Of a stretch of 64,000 nucleotides of DNA, positions 9,100 to 19,637 are shown one piece after another. The DNA is from Gemmatimonadales bacterium (GTDB lineage: Bacteria > Gemmatimonadota > Gemmatimonadetes > Gemmatimonadales > GWC2-71-9): assembly GCA_036002045.1 (NCBI GenBank), contig DASYTT010000037.1:39608-103607 (forward strand). Direction: 5' to 3'. Each line of letters starts with the position of its first letter. Positions within the stretch are counted from its first letter, which is position 1. The position numbers and the translations under genes were made by a program. The notes below the pieces were generated by a model that did not search any database, was not told the origin of the DNA, and saw only the letters and a list, made by a program, of their open reading frames with translations.

Positions 9100-10137
9100 A
9101 TGGATTTCGACAGCCTGCTCGCCGAGCTGGGCTCCGGGCGCACCGCCGCGCTGGCACGCGCCATTTCCCTGGTGGAGAATGGCCGGCCCGGCTTCGAGCA
9201 GCTGCTCGCCGCAGTGCATCCGCGACTCGGCCACGCGCAGCGGATCGGCATCACGGGTCCTCCGGGGGCGGGCAAATCGACCCTCACCCAACAGCTGGTG
9301 CAGCGCTGGCGGGAGCGGGGGCTGACGGTGGCCGTGGTGGCGGTGGATCCCACCAGTCCCGCGACAGGCGGCGCGCTGCTGGGCGACCGAATCCGGATGG
9401 AATCCATCGCGCTCGATCAGGGCGTGTACATCCGCTCCATGGCGACGCGGGGATCGCTGGGAGGGCTCGCCACCAGCACGCGGGAGGTGTGCGACGTCCT
9501 CGATGCCGGCGGCTACCATCGCATCCTGATCGAAACGGTGGGGGTGGGCCAATCCGAGCTCGCCGTCACCAGCATGGCGGACAGCACGGTCCTGGTCCTG
9601 GTGCCTGAATCGGGCGACGGGATCCAGGCGCTCAAAGCGGGGGTCATGGAGCTGGCGGATATCTTCTGCGTCAACAAGGCGGACCGGCCCGGCGCGGCAA
9701 ATCTCGCCCGGGAGATCGAGGTGACGCAGGGAATCCGGCGGGGAAATGCGTTCCGGGGAATTCGGGCGCACCACGGCGTGGTGGGAAGACGGGAAGCAGA
9801 TGCGGGGGAGAGTGGTAGCCTCCCTCCGAGCTGGGAAGCTCCGGTGCTCCTCACGACCGCCACCACGGGAAGCGGTATTGCGGAGCTCGCCGAGGCGCTC
9901 GAACGGCACCATGAATGGATGAAACAGACCGGTGAGCTCGCGAGGCGGCGACGCAAGCGCTTTGCGGCACGGACCCGGGAAGTCGTGGATCGCGCGATGC
10001 ACCGCTGGGTCTGGGGAGACACGCGGGCGGAGGAGTTGCTGAGCGAACGAATCGACGAGGTCGCTGCGGGCCGACTAAGCCCGTACGAGCTGGCAGCCGA
10101 GATCGTGACCGGCCTCAAGGAGGGAGCGCGGGTATGA
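9100..10137 (+). CDS. meaB: Methylmalonyl-CoA mutase-associated G-protein chaperone (MeaB/ArgK)
   Basis: P-loop [22 protein letters not shown] and NKADR motifs. Sits immediately upstream of the mutase. Confidence 0.85.
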   Translation: MDFDSLLAELGSGRTAALARAISLVENGRPGFEQLLAAVHPRLGHAQRIGITGPPGAGKSTLTQQLVQRWRERGLTVAVVAVDPTSPATGGALLGDRIRMESIALDQGVYIRSMATRGSLGGLATSTREVCDVLDAGGYHRILIETVGVGQSELAVTSMADSTVLVLVPESGDGIQALKAGVMELADIFCVNKADRPGAANLAREIEVTQGIRRGNAFRGIRAHHGVVGRREADAGESGSLPPSWEAPVLLTTATTGSGIAELAEALERHHEWMKQTGELARRRRKRFAARTREVVDRAMHRWVWGDTRAEELLSERIDEVAAGRLSPYELAAEIVTGLKEGARV

Positions 10138-11798
10138 GCGCGAGCGAGGAGCTCGAGCGGTTGCGGGCCGAGGTCGCCGCCTGGCGGGCGCTCTACGCCG
10201 GGATACCGCAGCGAGCCGGCGTCGAGTTCACCTCGGTGTCCGGCCGCGAAGTGCAGCCGGTGTATACGCCGCTCGACCTGGAGCACCGCCTCGGCAGCCC
10301 GAGCGAGCTACCCGGGAGGTACCCGTTCACCCGCGGGATTCATCCCACGATGTATCGGGGCCGGCTCTGGACCATGCGCCAGTTCTCGGGGTTCGGAACC
10401 GCGGAAGACACCAACCAGCGCTACAAGTTTCTGCTGAGTCGCGGCCAGACCGGTCTCTCGGTGGCCTTCGATTTCCCGACCCTGATGGGTTACGACTCGG
10501 ATCATCCCCGCTCCGAAGGGGAAGTAGGCAAATGCGGGGTGGCGATCTCCAGCCTCAAAGACATGGAGGATCTGTTCGACGGCATTCCGCTCGACCAGGT
10601 CTCCACCTCGATGACGATCAACGGCCCCGCCGCCATACTGTTTTGCTTCTACGTGGCGGCGGCGGAGCGCCAGGGTGTCGACATCTCCCGCATCCAGGGA
10701 ACCGTGCAGAACGACATCCTCAAGGAATACATTGCGCAGCACGCCTGGATTTATCCGCCGGAGCCGGCGCTCAAGATCATCGTGGACATGTTCGAGTGGG
10801 CGGCCGAGCATACCCCGAGCTGGAACACGATTTCAATCTCCGGGTACCATATCCGCGAGGCGGGGGCGACGGCTGCGCAGGAGCTGGCCTTTACGCTGGC
10901 CGACGGCTTCTGCTACGTGGAGCACGGCATCGCCCGGGGCCTCGCGGTGGACCGCTTTGTCCCCCGGCTCTCGTTCTTCTGGGACGTGCACAACGATTTC
11001 TTCGAGGAAGTCGCGAAGCTCCGTGCCGCGCGGCGGATCTGGGCCCGGCACCTGCGGGAACGCTACGGCGCCCGCGACGAGCGAAGCTGGAAGATGCGCT
11101 TTCACTGCCAGACCGCCGGCGTGACGCTCACGGCGCAGCAGCCTGCCAATAACATCGTTCGGGTGGCCTACCAGGCGCTCGCGGCGGTGCTCGGCGGCGC
11201 GCAGTCACTGCACACCAATGCCCTCGATGAGACGCTCGCGCTCCCCACGGAGGAGTCCGTGCGGGTGGCGCTGCGCACCCAGCAAATCCTCGCGTACGAG
11301 ACCGGCGTCCCCAATGTCGCCGATCCGTTGGGCGGATCCTATTACGTCGAGGCCCTGACCGATGCGATGGAGCGCGAGGCGGAGGGACTCTTCGCCGAGA
11401 TCGAGGCGCAGGGCGGGGTGGTCGCGGCCATCGAATCGGGCTGGTTCCAGCGCCAGATCGCGCGAAGCGCCGCGCGATTCCAAGAGGAAGTCGAGCAGGG
11501 CCGCCGAGTGATCGTCGGCGTCAACGAGTGCATCGAGGACGCCGAAGGCCCGGTCGAGATTCTCCGCATTGGCGATGAAGCGGATCGCGCGCAGCGAGTC
11601 CGGCTGGCTCGGCTGCGGGCTGAACGGGACCCGGCCCGAGTCGAACGGAGCCTCGAAGCGCTGCGGACCACGGCGGCGGCCGATCGGAATGTGCTCCCCG
11701 CTATGCTGGATTGCGCGCGAGCATACTGTACGCTCTTCGAGATTCGCGAGGTGTTGGAACGCGTGTACGGAGCCTACCGCGAGCCGGTTTTCTTCTAG
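10134..11798 (+). CDS. B12-dependent acyl-CoA mutase, catalytic (large) subunit, methylmalonyl-CoA mutase family
   Basis: [28 protein letters not shown]...[13 protein letters not shown]...GVAISSL are signature blocks of the MCM/ICM TIM-barrel domain. No B12 domain is fused. Substrate is not resolved from sequence alone. Confidence 0.85.
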   Translation: MSASEELERLRAEVAAWRALYAGIPQRAGVEFTSVSGREVQPVYTPLDLEHRLGSPSELPGRYPFTRGIHPTMYRGRLWTMRQFSGFGTAEDTNQRYKFLLSRGQTGLSVAFDFPTLMGYDSDHPRSEGEVGKCGVAISSLKDMEDLFDGIPLDQVSTSMTINGPAAILFCFYVAAAERQGVDISRIQGTVQNDILKEYIAQHAWIYPPEPALKIIVDMFEWAAEHTPSWNTISISGYHIREAGATAAQELAFTLADGFCYVEHGIARGLAVDRFVPRLSFFWDVHNDFFEEVAKLRAARRIWARHLRERYGARDERSWKMRFHCQTAGVTLTAQQPANNIVRVAYQALAAVLGGAQSLHTNALDETLALPTEESVRVALRTQQILAYETGVPNVADPLGGSYYVEALTDAMEREAEGLFAEIEAQGGVVAAIESGWFQRQIARSAARFQEEVEQGRRVIVGVNECIEDAEGPVEILRIGDEADRAQRVRLARLRAERDPARVERSLEALRTTAAADRNVLPAMLDCARAYCTLFEIREVLERVYGAYREPVFF

Positions 11799-11805
11799 GA
11801 GCCCA

Positions 11806-12972
11806 ATGCCCTCCCGAGCACTCAGTGACGTGCGCCGCCAGCTGCAGCGGCTGGTGCGGCTGCAGCCCGGCAAGCACTGGATCGTGAGCTGCTATCTCAA
11901 GCTGGAACCGCGGGATCGCAGCCGCGGCAAGTACCTCATCAAGCTGAAGAACCGCACTCGCGAGGTCAGCGAGGCGCTGCCCGCCGAGGGCCTGACCCGG
12001 AGCGAGGCCGAACAGGTCCGGGAAGACCTTCGCCGCCTGCAGGCCATGCTGCAGCGTCCCGACGCCCTGCCGCCGACCCAGGGACTGGCGGTGTTCGTCT
12101 GCAAACCGCTCGACTTGTTCGAAGCCATTCCGCTGCCGCGAGTGCATCGCTCTCGGCTGTCGGTGGCACGCACTCCGCTGGTGCGCGAGCTCGCTGCGCT
12201 GGAGGACGAGGTGGGCCGCCTGCTTGCCGCCGTGCTCGACAAGAGCGGCGCGTCGCTCTACGAGGTGACCGCGTTCGAGGCACGCAAGCTGGAAGACCTT
12301 CCGGCCAGCACGCCCCGAGGCCACCGCTTTCATGGCGACCGGCACGATGCGCCCGGCAAGGGCGAGCAGGGCTATCACAACCGGCTCCGGCATGACCGCG
12401 AACAGTTACTTGCCGCGGTAGCCCAGCGGCTGTTCGATCTCGACCGCCAGGAGCCGGTGCGCGGGCTGGTGCTCGCCTCCGCGGGGAGCGAGGCGGATTC
12501 ACTGCGGATGTTCCTGCATCCCTACATCGCGGGTAAAGTTCTCGGCACTGCGCGGTTTGTGCGGCGCGGCGGAGCTTCGCTGGCCGAGCTGCACGGGATG
12601 GTGCTGGCGGTGCGCGAGAGCTTCGAGCGGAAGCTGGAGCGCCATCTGGTGGCGGAGATGCTGCTGGGCCAGGGATCCGGATGGGCCGTGAACGGGATCG
12701 CACCGACCCTCGATGCGCTCTCGCGCGGCCAGGTGCGCACGCTGCTGGTACGGGCGGATGCCAGCGTCCCGGGTTTCCGCTGCGCGGCGAGCGGGCGGCT
12801 CACCCTCAGCGCGAAGGAATGCCGGGGGCTCGGCGACGCGGCGCCGGTGCCCGACGTGATCGACGACGCGATCGAGGAAGCCCTCCGCCAGCGGCTCGAT
12901 CTGGACGTCGTCTTCGAGCCCGATGCCGCGGATACCATTAACGGGTTAGCGGCATTGTTGAGGTTCCGATAA
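11806..12972 (+). CDS. eRF1/Pelota-like (bacterial baeRF-type) release-factor-like protein
   Basis: 388 aa from ATG 11806 (AGGAG 5 nt upstream). The central loop HGDRHDAPGKGEQGYHNRLRHDR resembles eRF1 HGRGGQSALRFARLR, with GEQ in place of GGQ. The C-terminal block GWAVNGIAPTLDALSRGQVRTLLV is like the eRF1/Pelota domain 3. The upstream part of track ORF 11569 overlaps the mutase and is discarded. Confidence 0.55.
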   Translation: MPSRALSDVRRQLQRLVRLQPGKHWIVSCYLKLEPRDRSRGKYLIKLKNRTREVSEALPAEGLTRSEAEQVREDLRRLQAMLQRPDALPPTQGLAVFVCKPLDLFEAIPLPRVHRSRLSVARTPLVRELAALEDEVGRLLAAVLDKSGASLYEVTAFEARKLEDLPASTPRGHRFHGDRHDAPGKGEQGYHNRLRHDREQLLAAVAQRLFDLDRQEPVRGLVLASAGSEADSLRMFLHPYIAGKVLGTARFVRRGGASLAELHGMVLAVRESFERKLERHLVAEMLLGQGSGWAVNGIAPTLDALSRGQVRTLLVRADASVPGFRCAASGRLTLSAKECRGLGDAAPVPDVIDDAIEEALRQRLDLDVVFEPDAADTINGLAALLRFR

Positions 12973-13075
12973 GTGACAGGTGGCAGGTGGCAGGTGGCAG
13001 GTTGCAGGTGCACCCTCCGCCGCCGCCTACCCGCCACCTACCTGCCACCTGCCACCTGTCACCTGTCACCTGAGG
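12973..13075. repeat. Heptamer-array hairpin, element A (GTGGCAG / CCTGCCA units)
   Basis: The left arm holds 5-6 tandem heptamers and the right arm 5-6 complementary heptamers. I paired 12973-13002 with 13040-13069 base by base: 30 bp, made of 29 Watson-Crick pairs plus one G.T(U). It starts 1 nt after stop TAA 12970-12972. Its last unit overlaps the GAGGAG SD of the next gene. Confidence 0.9.
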
Positions 13076-13081
13076 AGTCCT

Positions 13082-13495
13082 ATGCCGCTCAGCCGCCCTA
13101 TTCGGGTGCTGGTAGCTAAACCGGGGCTCGACGGCCACGACCGCGGCGCCAAGGTAGTGGCCGCGGCGCTGCGCGACGCGGGGATGGAGGTCGTCTATAC
13201 CGGCCTCCACCAGACTCCGGAAATGATCGCGACCGCGGCTGTGCAGGAAGATGTGGATGTGGTAGGTCTCTCGATTCTGAGCGGCGCCCACATGACGCTC
13301 TTCCCCAGAGTGCGGACTCTGCTCGATGAAATGGGGCGCCGGGATGTCCTGCTCACCGGGGGTGGCATCATTCCCGGCTCCGACATCGAAGCGCTGCAGC
13401 GGCAGGGTGTCGGGAAGCTGTTTGGTCCCGGCACCCCGACCAGCGAGCTGATCAGCTACATCAAATCCTGGGCGGCCGGACACCTTGAGCGCTGA
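13082..13495 (+). CDS. Acyl-CoA mutase B12-binding (small) subunit
   Basis: 138 aa with the cobalamin DxHxxG motif ([12 protein letters not shown]) and GGIIP. ATG 13082 is preceded by GAGGAG. Confidence 0.85.
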   Translation: MPLSRPIRVLVAKPGLDGHDRGAKVVAAALRDAGMEVVYTGLHQTPEMIATAAVQEDVDVVGLSILSGAHMTLFPRVRTLLDEMGRRDVLLTGGGIIPGSDIEALQRQGVGKLFGPGTPTSELISYIKSWAAGHLER

Positions 13496-15122
13496 GGGCT
13501 CTCCGGCCAAGCTCTCGCGCCTGCGCGAGCTCACCGCCGAGTATCTGACGCTCGCGAGCAAGCTCCGCGAGGGAGGCGGCGCAGCCCGGGTCGCCAAGCT
13601 GCACCAGCAGGGGAAGCTCTCCCCCCGCGAGCGGGTTACGGGCCTGCTCGATCCGGGAACCCGTTGGATCGAGATCGGGTTGCTGATCGCCTACGACCGC
13701 TACGATGGACAGGCCCCCGGCGCGGGCGTCATCACCGGCATCGGCACCATTGCGGATCGCCCGGTCGTCGTCGTCGCCAATGACTCCACGGTAAAGGCCG
13801 GCGCCTGGTGGCCGGAGACGATTCCCAAAATGCTCCGCGCCCAGGAGATCGCGATGCGCCAGCGCATCCCGATCGTCTATCTGGTCGACAGCGCCGGCGT
13901 GAACCTGCCCTATCAGGGTGGCGTTTTCCCGGGACAGTACGGCGCGGCGCGGCTCTTCTATTACAACGTGCTGATGCGGCGGTATCTCCAGGTCCCCCAG
14001 ATCGCGGCCGTCATGGGGAGCTGTGTGGCGGGGGGTGCCTACTTGCCGGCACTCTCCGACGTGATCTTCATGGTGGAAGGCACCAGCTTCATGGGATTGG
14101 GTGGCCCCAACCTGGTGGCCGGAGCCACCGGCCAGCGGGTGGACGGGGAAACGCTGGGCGGGGCGCGCACCCACACCGCGGTGAGCGGCGTGGCGCACTA
14201 CCGGGCTCCGAACGATGCCGAGTGTCTGGCGCAGATCCGTGAATACGTTGCCCGCCTGCCCAGAAGCGAAGCCGTGCAGCACAATGTGCTCCCTGCCGCC
14301 CCGCCGCTCCGGCCCGCTACCGCGCTCTACGACCTGCTGCCGCACGATCACCGCATGTCCTACGACATGCACGGGGTACTGGCCTGCCTGCTGGATGGCG
14401 GCGCCTTCCGGGAATTCCAGCCCGAGATTGCCGCCGAGCTGCTCTGCGGTCATGGCCGGATCGAGGGGTGGCCGGTGGCGCTGCTGGCCAACCAGCGCGG
14501 TCTCGTCAAGGCAAAACCCGGCGAGCGGCCGCGTTTCGGCGGCATCCTGTACACTGAGAGCGCCGAGAAGGCGGCCTATTTCATCGAGACGGCCAATCGC
14601 GAGCGACTGCCGATCCTCTTCGTGCAGGATGTGAGCGGATTCATGGTGGGCCCGGAAGCCGAGCACTCGGGAATCATTCGCGCCGGTGCCCGTTTCGTCG
14701 AGGCGATGGCTGCGGCGTCGGTACCCAAGCTCGTGCTCACCGTCAATCACGCCTCCGGGGCAGGGTACTACGCGATGGCGGGCCAGGGCTTCGATCCCGA
14801 CTTCATCCTCAGCTGGCCGACCGGCCGGATGGGGGTCATGGAGGGGGAATCGGCGATCATGGCGGTGCACGGCCCCGAGATCGAGCGTGCCAAGACGGAA
14901 AAGCGGGAAGTCGCCGCGGGCACCAGAGAAGTCATCGAGCAGATGCGGGCCGACTACGAGCGCGATCTCGATGCGCGGCACGCGGCCGCGCGAGGCCAGG
15001 TCGATCTCATCGTGACCCCGGAAGAGACCCGTGAGGTGCTCGCTCACCTGCTGCGGGTCACCGCGCAGAACCCGGGGCCCCATCTGGGCCCGTTCGTGCT
15101 TCCCGTGCACACTGCCTCCTGA
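13485..15122 (+). CDS. Acyl-CoA carboxylase carboxyltransferase (beta) subunit (PccB/MccB-like)
   Basis: Carboxyltransferase blocks [24 protein letters not shown] and [21 protein letters not shown] start as given in the track; the start is uncertain. Confidence 0.8.
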   Translation: MSAEGSPAKLSRLRELTAEYLTLASKLREGGGAARVAKLHQQGKLSPRERVTGLLDPGTRWIEIGLLIAYDRYDGQAPGAGVITGIGTIADRPVVVVANDSTVKAGAWWPETIPKMLRAQEIAMRQRIPIVYLVDSAGVNLPYQGGVFPGQYGAARLFYYNVLMRRYLQVPQIAAVMGSCVAGGAYLPALSDVIFMVEGTSFMGLGGPNLVAGATGQRVDGETLGGARTHTAVSGVAHYRAPNDAECLAQIREYVARLPRSEAVQHNVLPAAPPLRPATALYDLLPHDHRMSYDMHGVLACLLDGGAFREFQPEIAAELLCGHGRIEGWPVALLANQRGLVKAKPGERPRFGGILYTESAEKAAYFIETANRERLPILFVQDVSGFMVGPEAEHSGIIRAGARFVEAMAAASVPKLVLTVNHASGAGYYAMAGQGFDPDFILSWPTGRMGVMEGESAIMAVHGPEIERAKTEKREVAAGTREVIEQMRADYERDLDARHAAARGQVDLIVTPEETREVLAHLLRVTAQNPGPHLGPFVLPVHTAS

Positions 15123-15125
15123 TTC

Positions 15126-17951
15126 GTGGCCTCCCGCGCCGGCGCTCTGCTGCTCTGGCTGGCCTCGGCTTGCGCCAGTGGGAGCAAGGCGCCGGCGGGC
15201 CCTACTCCTCAGCCCGAGACTCCGCGCGTCGAGGTCCTCCCCGAACGCGGCGATACGAACAAGCCGACCCCTAACCCGCAACCCCTTCCTCGCCAGCCCG
15301 CGGCCCCGCCGGCGCTGGCCCTGGTCCGCGGCTGGATGCCGCTGCTCGCGACCGGAGTCCCCGCCTTTCTCTCGGCCCATCCGACCTGGGATGGACGCGG
15401 CGTGCTCATTGCCATTCTGGACAGCGGGGTGGACCCCGGCGTGCCGGGCCTGGACTCCACCAGTACCGGCCGGCCGAAGCTGCTCGATGTCCGGGATTTC
15501 TCGGGCGAGGGCCGGGTCGAGCTCACGCCTATCGTGCCGCAGGGCGACGCCGTTGTCGTGATGGGCCAGCGCCTGACCGGGTTCGGACGAATGCGCGCCT
15601 TGGCGGCCAGTGGGCCGTGGTACGGCGGCGCGCTGCGGGAACGCCTGTTGGGCCTGCCTCCGGCCTCGGATCTCAATGACAACGGCCTGGACTCGGACAC
15701 GCTCGCCGTGGTGGTGGGCAAGGCCAGTGATGGCTGGCTGCTCTTCGCCGACACGGACGGCGACGGCTCGTTCGCGAACGAGCGCCCCGTGCACGACTAT
15801 CTAATGGCCCGGGAACGTTTCGGCTGGCATCGCCCCGGTGGGGCACCTCTCCTCACGCTGGCGGCCAATGTCTCGGAATCCGCGCGCGGCCTGGAGCTCG
15901 CCTTGGTCTTCGATACCGAGGCGCACGGCACCCACGTCGCGGGAATCGCCGCGGGACACGGTATCGGGGCCGTCGCGGGGTTCGATGGCGTGGCCCCCGG
16001 GGCACAGCTCCTCGGGCTCAAGATCTCGCGCAATGACTTTGGCGGCCTCACCACGAGCGGCAGCGTCCTCGCTGCTCTCGATTATGCGCTCCGCTTCGCC
16101 GCCGCTCGGCGGCTGCCACTCGTGGTCAACATGAGCTTTGGCGTCGGCAACGAGCGCGAAGGCACCGCCCGGCTCGACGGCCTGCTCGACTCGGCGCTCG
16201 CGGCGCATCCAGAAGTGGTGTTCATCACCGCGGCGGGCAACGATGGTCCTGGAATGTCGACCATCGGATTCCCCGGCTCGATGCGGCGCGGGATCACCGT
16301 CGGCGCAACCCAGCCAGCCGCATTCTTCACGCCTCCAGGACGTGGCGCCCCCCGCGGTCCGGATCCGCTGCTCTTCTTCAGCGCGCGGGGTGGAGAGCTG
16401 GGCAAACCGGATCTCGTGGCACCCGGGACGGCGTACTCAACCGTGCCGGGCTGGAACTTCGGCGAGGAATTCAAGAGTGGCACCAGCATGGCCTCGCCTC
16501 ACGTCGCCGGGCTCGCGGCCATTCTGCTTTCCGCCGCGCAAGCGCAAGGCCGGAGCGTGAACGCGGAGGATCTGCGGCGCGCTCTGGCGGGCGGCGCGCG
16601 GCCGCTACCGGGGCAGGGCACTCTCGCCGCGGGCGCCGGCATTCCGAATCTCGAGGAAGCCTGGCGAGTTCTGCAGAGTCCGGCGCCCGCTGCCACCTTC
16701 GATGTCGAGCTCGCGGATCACCCGGGAAGCTCGGCGTCGTACCAGATCGGCGGCGCCGACAGCCTGGTGCGCTTCCGGATTCGCCGCACCCGTGGCTCCG
16801 GATCGCTCGAGCTGACCTTGCACAGCGAGGTGCCCTGGCTCTCCGGCCCGGCGACCGTCACCCTGGATGGTCCCGAGAGTATCGTCACGCTGACGCAGCG
16901 GCCCCCGGTGGAAGCGGGCGTGCACAGTGGCGCCGTCACCGCGACTGCCGCCGGCATCGCGGGACCGATCTTCCGACTCCTGAGCACGGTGGTGATCCCG
17001 GAGGCGAGACAGGCGGGGCCCGTGCGAGTCGGCGCGAGGCTCGCTCCGGGCACGGAGCGCCGAGCCTTCTTTGCCGCCGATTCGGGCCGACCTTTTCGGG
17101 TGCGTATGGCGACAAGAGTCCCGGGCGAGAATCTGATCGCGGCGCTCCATCAGCCGGGCGGCTCTCCCATCCTGGGAGAGAACGGCATTCCCGGCGGCGC
17201 CGACACCGCCGCGGCCGTTTACGATATCGATGGTCGTGATGCGCTGCGCGGGTACTACGAGGCCGTGGCGGTGGCGCCGCCGGGAAGTTCCGCAACCATC
17301 AACATCGCGATCGATCACGCGCCCGTCGGACTTGCTCTCGCGGCCGTACCCGGAGACTCGGTTGCGATCACGATCCGCCCGCTGGGGGACTCCGCGATCG
17401 CGGGTCGCCTCAACCTGGGCCTGCTCGGCGGCGAGCAAAGCGTCGCGGTGAGCGGTGCCGGCGGCGGCGATGTGCGGGTTCCATTCCGCCTTCCCCCGTG
17501 GGCCAGGCAGCTCATCGTCGATCTCGAGCTCGACCCGGAGCAGTGGTCGCACTTTACCGATTTCGGGCTCACTGCGCTCGACAGCGCCGGGCGGATCCTG
17601 GACAAAGCGCCCGCGAATTACGCGCATTCGCGGCTCAGTGTTGCGCTTGCGCCTGGCGCGGGAGATCAGGACGCCGCGATCGTGCTCGCCCCGGGATTCG
17701 CGGAGCCGGGAAGCAGCGAGCAGTGGGCAGGCCGAGTCACGATCCGGCTGTATGCCGACCATCCGGTCGCGATCGAGACACGCGAGGGAGACGAGTTCAC
17801 CCTGGCGGACCAGCAGCGCATGGTGTTTCATGCCCGGCTCGGGGAGCCGCCCTGGCCGCTTCCCGAGGCCTTCCGGCCCCTCGGCCTCCTGCTCGTCGAG
17901 GCGGGGGGAATCAGCTGGACCTGGGAATGGCCGATCCCGCGCGTGCCCTGA
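15126..17951 (+). CDS. Secreted/lipoprotein subtilisin-family (S8) serine protease, tripeptidyl-peptidase-II-like
   Basis: Catalytic triad blocks AILDSGVD, HGTHVAGIAAG and GTSMASPHVAG. About 165 aa separate the Asp and His blocks, as in TPP II. The lipobox-like N-terminus is LLWLASAC. Confidence 0.8.
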   Translation: MASRAGALLLWLASACASGSKAPAGPTPQPETPRVEVLPERGDTNKPTPNPQPLPRQPAAPPALALVRGWMPLLATGVPAFLSAHPTWDGRGVLIAILDSGVDPGVPGLDSTSTGRPKLLDVRDFSGEGRVELTPIVPQGDAVVVMGQRLTGFGRMRALAASGPWYGGALRERLLGLPPASDLNDNGLDSDTLAVVVGKASDGWLLFADTDGDGSFANERPVHDYLMARERFGWHRPGGAPLLTLAANVSESARGLELALVFDTEAHGTHVAGIAAGHGIGAVAGFDGVAPGAQLLGLKISRNDFGGLTTSGSVLAALDYALRFAAARRLPLVVNMSFGVGNEREGTARLDGLLDSALAAHPEVVFITAAGNDGPGMSTIGFPGSMRRGITVGATQPAAFFTPPGRGAPRGPDPLLFFSARGGELGKPDLVAPGTAYSTVPGWNFGEEFKSGTSMASPHVAGLAAILLSAAQAQGRSVNAEDLRRALAGGARPLPGQGTLAAGAGIPNLEEAWRVLQSPAPAATFDVELADHPGSSASYQIGGADSLVRFRIRRTRGSGSLELTLHSEVPWLSGPATVTLDGPESIVTLTQRPPVEAGVHSGAVTATAAGIAGPIFRLLSTVVIPEARQAGPVRVGARLAPGTERRAFFAADSGRPFRVRMATRVPGENLIAALHQPGGSPILGENGIPGGADTAAAVYDIDGRDALRGYYEAVAVAPPGSSATINIAIDHAPVGLALAAVPGDSVAITIRPLGDSAIAGRLNLGLLGGEQSVAVSGAGGGDVRVPFRLPPWARQLIVDLELDPEQWSHFTDFGLTALDSAGRILDKAPANYAHSRLSVALAPGAGDQDAAIVLAPGFAEPGSSEQWAGRVTIRLYADHPVAIETREGDEFTLADQQRMVFHARLGEPPWPLPEAFRPLGLLLVEAGGISWTWEWPIPRVP

Positions 17952-18020
17952 CGAAGCGAATCGTTTCCAGATTGCGTTTGTCGGGTTACCTGGTGCCGCA
18001 CCGGTTGCGAATCTTGTGAC

Positions 18021-19637
18021 ATGCTCGGCAGAGATGCGCTCGCGCCCGCGCGCGAGTTGTTGCAGCGACACTTCGGCTATCAGGAGTTTCGTCCCCTCCA
18101 AGCGCGGGTGCTCGATGCCCTCCAGCAGGGTCACGACGTCCTCGCGGTGCTTCCCACGGGGGGCGGCAAGTCGGTCTGCTTCCAGATCCCCGCGCTGCTC
18201 CAGCGCGGGGTCACGGTCGTCGTGTCGCCCTTGATTTCCCTGATGCAGGATCAGGTCGCCGCGGCCAGGGCCCGCGGACTGCCCGCCGCGGCGCTCAACA
18301 GCTCGTTAAGTCTTCCGGCACAGCGGGAGGTGCTCGCCCAAACCGCTGGCGGCAAGCTTCGCCTGCTCTACACCTCGCCGGAGCGGCTGCGCCGGCTGGC
18401 CGATGACCTGAATGGCCTGGGGGTTCGACCGGAGCTGCTTGCTATCGACGAGGCCCACTGCATCAGCGATTGGGGTCCCGATTTCCGGCCGGCCTACCGC
18501 GCTTTGCGACGACTGCGGGCTCTGCTGGGATGGCCGCAGGTGATCGCGTTGACGGGGAGCGCCACACCGGATGTCAGGCGCGATGTCATCCGGGTTCTCG
18601 GGCTCGGAGGCGCGCGCGGGATTCGCACGGTGCTGGGCTCATTCGATCGGCGGAATCTCTGGCTTGGGGTCGCCAGCGTGGAGAATGAGCGCGAGCGCTT
18701 GGGCGCCCTGCTCACGCTGCTCGGGATGCAGGACGCGCTGGCCATCGTCTATGCGCCGACGCGGAATCTGGTGGAGGAGCTGGCACGGGTGCTGGGCGAG
18801 TCCGGCTTTCGCGCCGCTCCCTATCATGCTGGGCTTTCCAGCCCCTCCCGCCGCCAGGTGTTGCAACGATTTCTCGCGGACGAACTGGGGATCGTGGTGG
18901 CCACCTGCGCTTTCGGCATGGGAATCGACAAGCCGAACGTGCGCCTGGTCGTGCACTGGACCCTTCCCGCTACACCGGAGGCCTACTACCAGGAAGCGGG
19001 CCGCGCGGGGCGCGACGGCGCCTTCGCCCGCTGCGTGCTGCTCTACCGTCGGGGTGATGCCGCCGTGCCGCGCCGGCAGCTCGACGTCACCTTTCCTCCC
19101 GAGCAGCTGGCGGAACAAGTCTGGCGCGGCGAGCTCGATCCGGCGCGCGTCCCGGCCAACCTGCGTGGCTCGCTCGAGCGCTTGCGCCGCGAGCTGCATC
19201 CCGAGCGCGGTGCGCCCTGCTGGACGACCGTGCGCGAGCGACGCCACGCGGCGGAATCGCGCATTACGGTCATGGAGCAGTATGCCCAGCGGCGGGCTTG
19301 CCGGCGGGCCGCGCTGCTCGGCTACTTCGGCGAACCGGTGCCGCGCTGCTCCGGTTGTGATGTCTGCTCGCGCCACGGCCCGGCTCCCTTACCGCGCCCC
19401 GAGGCCGAGCAACGGCTTACCCGGCTCCGGATGGCGTTGACTTCCCGGCTTGGCCCGTGGGGCGGTTGTGTCTTCGAACCCGCGGTGCTGCGGCGGCTGG
19501 CGAACGATCCTCCGGTCAGCGAATCCGCCCTGGCGGCCGTGGATGGGGTTGGTCCTGTGCTAGCCAAGCGCTACGCGGGGACGGTTCTCGCGGCGCTTGG
19601 CGCGCTGCGCTCTGCGCCTGCCTCCGCGAGCTCCTGA
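18021..19637 (+). CDS. recQ: ATP-dependent DNA helicase RecQ
   Basis: Motifs PTGGGKS, DEAHCISDWG, ALTGSAT and the zinc-binding Cys cluster CRR..CSGCDVC. Confidence 0.85.
   Translation: MLGRDALAPARELLQRHFGYQEFRPLQARVLDALQQGHDVLAVLPTGGGKSVCFQIPALLQRGVTVVVSPLISLMQDQVAAARARGLPAAALNSSLSLPAQREVLAQTAGGKLRLLYTSPERLRRLADDLNGLGVRPELLAIDEAHCISDWGPDFRPAYRALRRLRALLGWPQVIALTGSATPDVRRDVIRVLGLGGARGIRTVLGSFDRRNLWLGVASVENERERLGALLTLLGMQDALAIVYAPTRNLVEELARVLGESGFRAAPYHAGLSSPSRRQVLQRFLADELGIVVATCAFGMGIDKPNVRLVVHWTLPATPEAYYQEAGRAGRDGAFARCVLLYRRGDAAVPRRQLDVTFPPEQLAEQVWRGELDPARVPANLRGSLERLRRELHPERGAPCWTTVRERRHAAESRITVMEQYAQRRACRRAALLGYFGEPVPRCSGCDVCSRHGPAPLPRPEAEQRLTRLRMALTSRLGPWGGCVFEPAVLRRLANDPPVSESALAAVDGVGPVLAKRYAGTVLAALGALRSAPASASS

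Noticed and set aside
11569-11805. Upstream extension of the eRF1-like ORF (track start 11569)
   Set aside because: The extension overlaps the 3' end of the mutase large-subunit gene in another frame and has shadow-frame composition. ATG 11806 has an AGGAG 5 nt upstream and lies 8 nt after the mutase stop.
12973-13075. Possibility that the repeat arrays (here and at 24624, 44486, 47984, 49921 and 52117) are CRISPR arrays
   Set aside because: The units are only 6-9 nt and directly abut one another with no spacers. The arrays are under 50 nt per arm and no cas genes are present. The architecture is an inverted tandem array, not repeat-spacer.
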